A stretch of DNA of 64,000 nt from Candidatus Iainarchaeum sp. (GTDB lineage Archaea > Iainarchaeota > Iainarchaeia > Iainarchaeales > GCA-2688035). This document shows, piece after piece, positions 57,280 through 64,000 of this stretch. A program made the position numbers and the translations under genes. The notes beneath the pieces are model-generated. The model saw only the letters and a list, made by a program, of their open reading frames with translations, was not told where the DNA came from and did not search any database. Every line of letters starts with the position of its first letter. Within the stretch, counting starts at the first letter, position 1. The stretch is from the NCBI GenBank assembly GCA_017610205.1, contig JAFCCL010000005.1, forward strand, positions 11,221 to 75,220, read 5' to 3'.

Positions 57280-58284
57280 GTGGGCTTAAGTAAAATTGAC
57301 CTGAAAGTTTTGAATTTTATCTGCTTAAAAGGGGCTCAAATGCCGGAAACAGAAATTGCAAAACAGCTCAGGCTAAAGCCAAGCACTGTTTCATATTCTT
57401 TAAAAAAAATGTTTAGGGAAAAATCCATTCTTGGTTATAGGTACAGAGTTAATTATGCAAGACTTGGTCTTGTTACCACTGCATGGGTTTTGCTTAGAAT
57501 AAGGTCTGCAAATATTGATTCATTTGAACTCTTTGACAAGATGCTTAAATTTCCACAGGTTCACGTTGCTTCATTTATTACCGGTGAATTTGATATTGCC
57601 CTCAAAGTTCTTGAACGTGATGTTTCGTGCGTTGATTCTTTTGTAAGAGAATTATCAAAAACCTTTTCTGAATTTATTGATAGTGCAGAAGTTCTTTTGG
57701 TTACCAAAAATTACAAAAACCACAATATTTTGCCAAAGCACAATTCCTGCCTTAAATCATTTGACAAAACAGATTTTAAAATACTTTCAAGCAGAATGGA
57801 TTCTCCAAAAAAAGAGCTTGGTCAGATTGCGTCAGAGCTTAATTTGCACAGGAATACTGTTAGCAAGCGTTGGAAATCATTTTGGAAAGAAAACGTTCTT
57901 GTAAAAAAAACACCGGTTGTAAATCCATTACATTACACAAAGCTAAAACTTTCAACAAAAGCCATTGTACTTATTGATGTAACCCCTGAGGTTAGTGATT
58001 TACTTGCAAAAAAGCTTTTAGAAATGGATGAAGTTCACGAGCTAAACCGGATTTTGGACGGGTTTTCACTAATGGCAATAATAAGAACAGCTGACATTCC
58101 TTCATTTCTTGATTTTCTCAAGTGGGTGTTGTTTGAAAATTTTGGAAAAGCCAAAATCAAAAAAACAGTTTCAACAATAGTGCTTAAATCAAAACCTCAC
58201 AAACAAAATTATCTGCCTCAATTGCTTGACAAAAAAATAATCAGGTTTAGAAAAGAAAAACTTGTGTGCAATTACCGTTCCTAA
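57280..58284 (+). CDS. tandem (duplicated) Lrp/AsnC-like transcriptional regulator
   Basis: Two HTH + regulatory-domain modules (IDLKVLNFICLKGAQMPETEIAKQLRLKPSTVSYSLKKM... and TDFKILSSRMDSPKKELGQIASELNLHRNTVSKRW...). Confidence 0.55.
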   Translation: MGLSKIDLKVLNFICLKGAQMPETEIAKQLRLKPSTVSYSLKKMFREKSILGYRYRVNYARLGLVTTAWVLLRIRSANIDSFELFDKMLKFPQVHVASFITGEFDIALKVLERDVSCVDSFVRELSKTFSEFIDSAEVLLVTKNYKNHNILPKHNSCLKSFDKTDFKILSSRMDSPKKELGQIASELNLHRNTVSKRWKSFWKENVLVKKTPVVNPLHYTKLKLSTKAIVLIDVTPEVSDLLAKKLLEMDEVHELNRILDGFSLMAIIRTADIPSFLDFLKWVLFENFGKAKIKKTVSTIVLKSKPHKQNYLPQLLDKKIIRFRKEKLVCNYRS

Positions 58285-58932
58285 TTAGTTTCTTGTTTTT
58301 GCAATAAGGTAACCTGCAAGAAGTGCAACTGAAACAATTCCAAAAAGGAGTACTGTCATTTCAAAAGTAAAAGGGGTGCCTGCATTAACTGCTGAAGCAA
58401 CGCCATCATTTACTGCTGCAGGAGCTGCAGTTCCGCTTGCCACTGTTCCTGTAACAATTTGTTCTGCAACAACTTTGGCACTGTCAACTGCTCCTAAAAC
58501 AAATCCTCTTTCCCCTGACTCAATAAATGCCTGACCTGCATCTATTCCTGCAAAAGACATTGTTTGCTCTTCAACAATTGAAATAAATGAATAAAGAAGT
58601 CCAACAAGGCCAAACAAACTTATCCCCAAGACAATAAACACATTTATTGGAGTCTGGTGCAAAAAGATATTTTTTCCCTTTTTTGTAAGGCCGTAATATT
58701 TCCATTTTCTGCCTTCGTCTAGTTCCTCTATAAAATCTGCTGTTTTAAGAATGCTAAGGTGCTGTTTTACTGTTGGAGCAGCCAACCTGAGCTTTTTGCT
58801 CATCTCTGTAAGGGTGTGGTTCCTTCCTCTAAGAAGTTTGATTATCCCTGCCCTTGTCTCAGATGCAAGTGCCTTGAATTCAGGCCCGGAGAGTTTTATT
58901 TCTTCCATTATATCAACTAATATATTGTTCAA
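58285..58932 (-). CDS. ArsR-type winged-helix regulator fused to a transmembrane segment and C-terminal domain
   Basis: ETRAGIIKLLRGRNHTLTEMSKKLRLAAPTVKQHLSILKTADFIEE HTH, then a TM helix. Confidence 0.55.
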   Translation of the reverse strand: MNNILVDIMEEIKLSGPEFKALASETRAGIIKLLRGRNHTLTEMSKKLRLAAPTVKQHLSILKTADFIEELDEGRKWKYYGLTKKGKNIFLHQTPINVFIVLGISLFGLVGLLYSFISIVEEQTMSFAGIDAGQAFIESGERGFVLGAVDSAKVVAEQIVTGTVASGTAAPAAVNDGVASAVNAGTPFTFEMTVLLFGIVSVALLAGYLIAKTRN

Positions 58933-59012
58933 GCTTATTTAAAAAAATTTCATTTTACTTAGGTTTGTAACTAACCTAATTATTTATATATCTTAAACAC
59001 ATTCTTTAACTT

Positions 59013-59948
59013 ATGCAGTTTGATTTAAACAGTATGCAGTTTGATTTAAATGTTTTTTTTTACGAAACAGCAATTCCTGCGGCTGATGAAATAATTTCAA
59101 AAGCCCTTGGAGGCGATGTAACAACAATTGCCCTTTTGGGAATTGGCATAATAGTTCTTTTTGTTCTGTCTATTTTATTTCTTGAACTTGCGGCATGGCT
59201 TATAAATCTTGTAAAACGTTTTTTTCTCTTTGTTATAGTTGCAATTTCAATACTGCTTTTCTTTGTTTCATTTCAGCACAAGATTTTTGTACCGGAACCG
59301 GATATAACCTTGGTAATTGCCGGAATAGTTGGGATAGCGTTTGCAGTTATTGCACTCTTAATTTCATTCATTTCGCTTAAAAGGGAATGGCAAAAGCCAA
59401 GGGAGCAAAAGGTTGCCGAATTAAAGTCGGAAATGAAAAAGATTGTTTCAGCTCAGTTTGAAAGAGAGCTTGAAGGAAAAGAGCTTGAAGAAAAAGCCAT
59501 AAAAGAGGCAAGACCTGAAATAACACCGACACAGGTTCAGCCAATCTCAATGCTTTCAAGGCAGGCGTTTTCTCCTGCAAAATTGTTTTCTTCATTCAGT
59601 GACAGAAGCCTTCTTGCAGTTTTGAGTTACATGGTTGTAGCAGAATTTGGAGTAATAAGCGGGATAACAATTTCTGCGCCAAATCCAAGTGTTGGCCTTG
59701 TATTCTTTGCAGTATTTCTTGTAGCAGCCCTTCTTTTCATAAAAAACACTTACCACAATTACCTAACTGGATTAAAGCACCTTATAGTTGCCCTTGCAGT
59801 GGGAGGAGCACTGTCAATAGCCCTAAGCCATATATGGCTCGGAGTCCCTCTTTCAACCCTGTTTTCAATGCAATACTTTGCAACAAATGCCCTTGTTGCA
59901 CTTGTAACGGGCTTGGCAGTAAGCCTGTTTATGGGAAGCAAAGGATAA
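59013..59948 (+). CDS. polytopic membrane protein, function unknown
   Basis: ORF track; N-terminus contains the 18-bp direct duplication atgcagtttgatttaaa(c/t) giving MQFDLNSMQFDLN. Confidence 0.4.
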   Translation: MQFDLNSMQFDLNVFFYETAIPAADEIISKALGGDVTTIALLGIGIIVLFVLSILFLELAAWLINLVKRFFLFVIVAISILLFFVSFQHKIFVPEPDITLVIAGIVGIAFAVIALLISFISLKREWQKPREQKVAELKSEMKKIVSAQFERELEGKELEEKAIKEARPEITPTQVQPISMLSRQAFSPAKLFSSFSDRSLLAVLSYMVVAEFGVISGITISAPNPSVGLVFFAVFLVAALLFIKNTYHNYLTGLKHLIVALAVGGALSIALSHIWLGVPLSTLFSMQYFATNALVALVTGLAVSLFMGSKG

Positions 59949-60028
59949 TAATCTGGTTCAAACTTCTCCCTGGGCTTAAAACAGAAAGTTCAAATCCAAT
60001 AGCACAAAAGGCAACTGCTAACAGTTTT

Positions 60029-61009
60029 TCAATTTCTTGGAAAGAGATTGTGTTTCAGCTCTTTAAAGTAATGCAGTGATTCAAAGTCTTTGATTATGTC
60101 AGAAAACTTGTACCTTATTTCATTTAAGAGTTTGTGGTACGCGTCCTCGTTTTCAATGTTTATGTCAAGCTCCAAGTCAGTTACTCCAATCAGTTCGTTT
60201 GTATAGATTATGTAAGGATTGTGGCGGCAGAAGGCAAGCAGGCCATTAAATCTTTCTCTGTCAAATCTCTTAAAGTAAAGGTGAAGCTTGAAATAAGTGA
60301 ATCCAATCTTTCTGAGGTTCAGGCTGATTCCAAAGCCCTGGATTATTCCGGCTTCTTTCATCTTTTTTATTTTGTGTGAAACTGATTTGGCGGAAACGCA
60401 AACCTTTTTTGCAATATCAATGCTCTGTGCCCTTGAATTCGAAGCAAGAATGGAAAGTATTTTGAGATCTTTTTTATCAACTTCGATTCTCTTACTCCTG
60501 CCACAAGAGAAGGAAGGAATTTCATCCAATACTTTATCCTTTAAAAGAAATAGCTTTGGGAACTGGATATATCTGTCAAAGACCGAAACCTGTTTGTCAT
60601 GGATATAATCGCCATACTTCGAAAGCAGGTTTCTCCAGAAGCCTGAAAAATCGCTTATGCTGTCTGCCCAGTAAATAAAATTCAAGTCCCAGGCTCCGTT
60701 AACCGAAACACACCAGCCAACTTTTTCAGCCTTAACAAGGTATTCTTGCAGGGCTTTCTCTTTCTCAGGAGTTACGTTGTAGAGCCTTATCAGTGTCCTA
60801 AATACGAGTATTCCAAGCTTGCAGGTGTCAATCCTCGTAAAGAAGGAAGTGATAACGCCCTCTTCCTGCAATTTCTTTATGCGATAGTTTGTTACCTCTT
60901 TGCTTAGCCCAACCTTTTTCCCGATTGACTGAAGGCTCTGTCTTGAATCCAAGTCCAATTCAAAGAGAATCTTCCAATTCTTGATATCCAAATCTACCAT
61001 ATTTAACAT
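60029..61009 (-). CDS. tandem (duplicated) Lrp/AsnC-like transcriptional regulator, paralogue of 62276-63271
   Basis: WKILFELDLDSRQSLQSIGKKVGLSKEVTNYRIKKLQEEGVI and a second module LKILSILASNSRAQSIDIAKKVCVSAKSVSHKIKKMKEAGII. Confidence 0.6.
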   Translation of the reverse strand: MLNMVDLDIKNWKILFELDLDSRQSLQSIGKKVGLSKEVTNYRIKKLQEEGVITSFFTRIDTCKLGILVFRTLIRLYNVTPEKEKALQEYLVKAEKVGWCVSVNGAWDLNFIYWADSISDFSGFWRNLLSKYGDYIHDKQVSVFDRYIQFPKLFLLKDKVLDEIPSFSCGRSKRIEVDKKDLKILSILASNSRAQSIDIAKKVCVSAKSVSHKIKKMKEAGIIQGFGISLNLRKIGFTYFKLHLYFKRFDRERFNGLLAFCRHNPYIIYTNELIGVTDLELDINIENEDAYHKLLNEIRYKFSDIIKDFESLHYFKELKHNLFPRN

Positions 61010-61095
61010 ATGGCCTAAATAGTTTATAAATACTACTATTTGATAAAAAATAGTGTTATATGTTTTAATTAAGCGGAAGATAGCCTAATTTTTAT

Positions 61096-62190
61096 ATGGA
61101 AACAAGACCTGAGGAAAGCAAGGCCACAGTAGACAAAGGGCATTATTTCCAAGAAATGAAGGAAACTTGGAAACATACCTTCGAATACATGCAGCAAAAG
61201 CTTTCGCAAATAGAAACCAAGGATAGGGAAGCTATTCTTGCTTTGCGAGAAAACTATGTTGTAAAGAAAAGAATCTCGGATAAGAATCCCAAAGTAAGGC
61301 CCTTTTTAATGAGGCTTAGTTTTGAGGTTTGCGGTGGCGGCAACTGGAAAAGGATAATTCCCGCCTGTGCAGCAGTTGAGTTCCTCAACATTTCAACATA
61401 TGTTACAAACGCTGTTTTTGACGAAAAAGGAGAGAGCAAAACAAAGAAGGACGTAAACCAGTATATAATTGATGCAATGTTTCTTAGAGATTTGGCCGCT
61501 GAATGCCTTTTGGAAGTCAAAGTCAGTCTCTCTCCGGAAGAAACAAGAGCAGTTGTTGGTAAACTTGCTGAAATCAACAAACTTGTTTACCTTGGCCAAT
61601 ACGTTGATTTGTACCAGCTAAAGAAAAAGAATCTTAAAAGATTCAACTCATTCGAAGAAATGAAACAGCTTTACGAGAAAAGAACAGAATACTTTTGCGG
61701 TCACTTTATGAGCAATATAGCATACATTGGAGCAATCCTGGCAAATGCCACCGGAGAACAGATTAAAGTACTAAAAAATTTTGGCTTAAACTATGGCACA
61801 GGCATTCAGATAGCAAACGATTTAGGAGACTTTGTTTTTGGCAAAGCCAAGGACTATGAAAAAAGCTACAAGGACCAGTACTCTGACATCAAACAAGGAA
61901 AACTGACCTATCCAATAATTCTTGGACTTGAAACAGAAGAAAAAAACAACTTCAAAAAGTTGCTGGGAAAAAAGAACGCAAGCAAAAGAGAGCTTGTAGC
62001 CCTAACAAAATATTTGATTAAATCCGGAATAGTTGACAAAACAAAGGGACTTTCAAAAACCAGATATTACAAGAGTAAAAAAGAACTGAAGAAACTTCCA
62101 AAGTCAGACACGAGAATAATGCTTTCCTTAATGGCATCTATGTTAAGGTCAAACAAATACTTTGTATTCCTAAGAAACTTTGCAAAATAA
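61096..62190 (+). CDS. polyprenyl synthetase (trans-isoprenyl diphosphate synthase) family protein with divergent Asp-rich motifs
   Basis: Second motif present as GTGIQIANDLGDF; first DDxxD position reads NAVFDEKG (degenerate); overall length and helical composition fit the family. Confidence 0.5.
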   Translation: METRPEESKATVDKGHYFQEMKETWKHTFEYMQQKLSQIETKDREAILALRENYVVKKRISDKNPKVRPFLMRLSFEVCGGGNWKRIIPACAAVEFLNISTYVTNAVFDEKGESKTKKDVNQYIIDAMFLRDLAAECLLEVKVSLSPEETRAVVGKLAEINKLVYLGQYVDLYQLKKKNLKRFNSFEEMKQLYEKRTEYFCGHFMSNIAYIGAILANATGEQIKVLKNFGLNYGTGIQIANDLGDFVFGKAKDYEKSYKDQYSDIKQGKLTYPIILGLETEEKNNFKKLLGKKNASKRELVALTKYLIKSGIVDKTKGLSKTRYYKSKKELKKLPKSDTRIMLSLMASMLRSNKYFVFLRNFAK

Positions 62191-62275
62191 TTGAGAACAA
62201 GTGTTGTAAATTAAGCTTCTCTTACTAATCTTCTTAGCAGCAAATCAAATTCCGGCATTTCTTTTAACTTCCCGA

Positions 62276-63271
62276 TTATTTTGCAGAATTTTTGAATGGG
62301 AAATAATCCAGTTTGTGTTCTTTATATATTAGAAGTGTGTCGTAGTCTCTTATGACATCTGAGAATTCATTTCTAATCTTCAATAAGATCTTGTGTAGTC
62401 TTTCCTCGTTTTTCACTTCAAATTCCAATTCGATATCCCAACTGCCCAGCAACTTTAAGAATTGCACTCCTTCAGGGTGCTGTTTTACAAAAGATTTCAG
62501 TTCATTTTCTTTTTCCGGAGAGAGTTTCTGCAATCTTAGAATAATTTTGTGCAGTTGATAACCCAGCTTGCTTAAATCGATAATGGCCCGGTATTGAACT
62601 ATAACATTGTCTTTTTCCAATTTTTTTAGCCTGTAGTTGATTACATCTCTTGTCAGGTCGGTTTTTTGCATTAAGTTCAAAACAGAAATTCTTGCATTGG
62701 TTGACAGCAATGCCAATATTTTGTTTTCTATTTCATCAAGTTCATAATGCCCTATTTCTCCACCATAAACAAATTCTTCTTTTTCCTTTTGTTCCGCTAG
62801 ATATGTTTTTGTAAAAACCGGCGAGGTTTGTGTGATAAGAATATTTTTTTCCAAAACAAACAAGCCATAAGCGTTAATAAAATCTGTTAGAATATGCCCC
62901 AATTTGTTTACATTTTTTGCCAAAATAGAAACAGCTAAGTCCCATCGCCCTCTGCAAGCGGCAACCCAAATAGAATTCTTGTTGCCAACCCAGTATTCAA
63001 TAATCTCTTTTTCTTTGTTTGTGTCTATGTTCTGAAACTTGAAGTAAAGCTTATACTGGGTGTAACCGAGTTTGGAGAAATTAATTACTGTGTAAAACTC
63101 AGATATCACCTTTAAGTTTATTAAATTCCTTAGCCTGTAGTCAACAACCTGCTTACTCAAGCCAACTTTTTTACCCAATTGGGACAAAGGCAGCCTGCTG
63201 TTAAGATCCAGTTGGAAGAGAAGCTTTCTATCCCTTTTATCCAATTTTACTTGGTTTTCCAGCATATACAA
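62276..63271 (-). CDS. tandem (duplicated) Lrp/AsnC-like transcriptional regulator
   Basis: RKLLFQLDLNSRLPLSQLGKKVGLSKQVVDYRLRNLINLKVI plus a second HTH module NKILALLSTNARISVLNLMQKTDLTRDVINYRLKKLEKDNVI. Confidence 0.6.
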   Translation of the reverse strand: MYMLENQVKLDKRDRKLLFQLDLNSRLPLSQLGKKVGLSKQVVDYRLRNLINLKVISEFYTVINFSKLGYTQYKLYFKFQNIDTNKEKEIIEYWVGNKNSIWVAACRGRWDLAVSILAKNVNKLGHILTDFINAYGLFVLEKNILITQTSPVFTKTYLAEQKEKEEFVYGGEIGHYELDEIENKILALLSTNARISVLNLMQKTDLTRDVINYRLKKLEKDNVIVQYRAIIDLSKLGYQLHKIILRLQKLSPEKENELKSFVKQHPEGVQFLKLLGSWDIELEFEVKNEERLHKILLKIRNEFSDVIRDYDTLLIYKEHKLDYFPFKNSAK

Positions 63272-63392
63272 CTAAATATTACCATATTAGCCACATATAT
63301 TTAAATCTTACTAATTTGTCAAAATTTTGAATAAAAAGTTTGTTATATGTGCTAAGATGTAATTATTTACATGGCATAACCGGAGGTTTGAA

Positions 63393-63563
63393 ATGGAACC
63401 AGAAAACATATTTAGTACTGTGTCTGCTGAAAAGCTGGAGATGGCTAAGAGATTCAAGGAGCGAATACTGTCATACCCAAACCCGGTTGAGTTTGTAAAC
63501 AACATGTATGGCTGCCATCCAGGTGAGGGCGGCACAGACTATTTCAGGGGGATATACGGTTAG
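63393..63563 (+). CDS. 56-aa small ORF (possible precursor peptide) immediately upstream of a radical-SAM enzyme
   Basis: Strong SD GGAGGT 5 nt before ATG; MEPENIFSTVSAEKLEMAKRFKERILSYPNPVEFVNNMYGCHPGEGGTDYFRGIYG*. Confidence 0.4.
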   Translation: MEPENIFSTVSAEKLEMAKRFKERILSYPNPVEFVNNMYGCHPGEGGTDYFRGIYG

Positions 63564-63591
63564 ATTCCCAAAAGCACGGGAGCAAAACAAA

Positions 63592-64000
63592 ATGCCTAGT
63601 GAAAGCTTTTTTGAAACCTGGGGAAAAAACATTGAAGACTTGATTGAGAGGCATCCACTTCAAATAATTAGCTGGGAAGCTACAAGAAGATGCAATCTAA
63701 ATTGTGTTCACTGCGGTTCACCTGCTGAAAACGCTGTCATAAAAGAAGAGTTAACAACAGGGGAAGTGATTAACGCCTTCAATCAAATTGCTAAAGATTT
63801 TGACATGAGCGAATTCAAACACATAAACATTACTGGCGGAGAACCGACTGTAAGGGAAGACTTACTTACTATCCTAAAAGAGTTAAGCAAAAAGCCATTC
63901 TATAGAAACGTTGACATCCAAACCAACGGCGTGATTATCGCGCACAATCCAAAAATATTAGAGGAGTTTAAAAAATATGGCGTAACAGGAATAGGGATTA
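63592..64000 (+). CDS. radical-SAM enzyme (MoaA/PqqE/SPASM-maturase-like N-terminus), truncated by the window end
   Basis: RRCNLNCVHC (CxxxCxxC), GGEPTV and QTNG motifs. Confidence 0.7.
   Translation, partial: MPSESFFETWGKNIEDLIERHPLQIISWEATRRCNLNCVHCGSPAENAVIKEELTTGEVINAFNQIAKDFDMSEFKHINITGGEPTVREDLLTILKELSKKPFYRNVDIQTNGVIIAHNPKILEEFKKYGVTGIGI

Noticed and set aside
1-64000. rRNA genes, transposases/IS elements, reverse transcriptases or cas genes
   Set aside because: No translated frame or sequence stretch showed the corresponding signatures (DDE motifs, RT YxDD, 16S/23S conserved blocks)

Overview
Low-GC, densely packed archaeal chromosomal segment, probably from a small-genome (DPANN-like) archaeon. 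Many genes have overlapping stop/start codons. The archaeal assignment rests on these gene calls: aEF-1beta with its partner Zn-ribbon gene, Pelota, ABCE1, a class I CCA-adding enzyme, an intein-containing RFC small subunit, CDC48, Elp3, Taw3, type IA topoisomerase, ThrRS, and many class-III-signal-peptide pilins. Main content: (i) a roughly 13 kb minus-strand type IV pilus (Tad-like) locus at 18.0-31.4 kb with about 12 pilin genes, a prepilin peptidase, split TadB/TadC-like platform proteins, and a TadA/KlbA-family ATPase interrupted by a 437-aa intein that starts with Ala. (ii) A second pilin cluster at 54.5-57.1 kb. (iii) rfcS interrupted by a 633-aa LAGLIDADG intein. (iv) A free-standing double-motif LAGLIDADG endonuclease next to a putative intron-containing tRNA-Arg. 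(v) A HicB-HicA toxin-antitoxin pair. (vi) Three separate short tandem duplications that each copy a stop/start gene junction. (vii) A conserved, structured non-coding motif present twice. (viii) Three paralogous tandem-Lrp regulators around a divergent polyprenyl-synthase-like gene. (ix) At the 3' edge, a strongly ribosome-binding-site-led 56-codon ORF directly followed by a radical-SAM enzyme, a candidate modified-peptide (RiPP-like) system that the window end truncates. No CRISPR array, rRNA, transposase or reverse transcriptase was recognised. All calls come from reading the six-frame translations and the raw sequence; no database search was possible.
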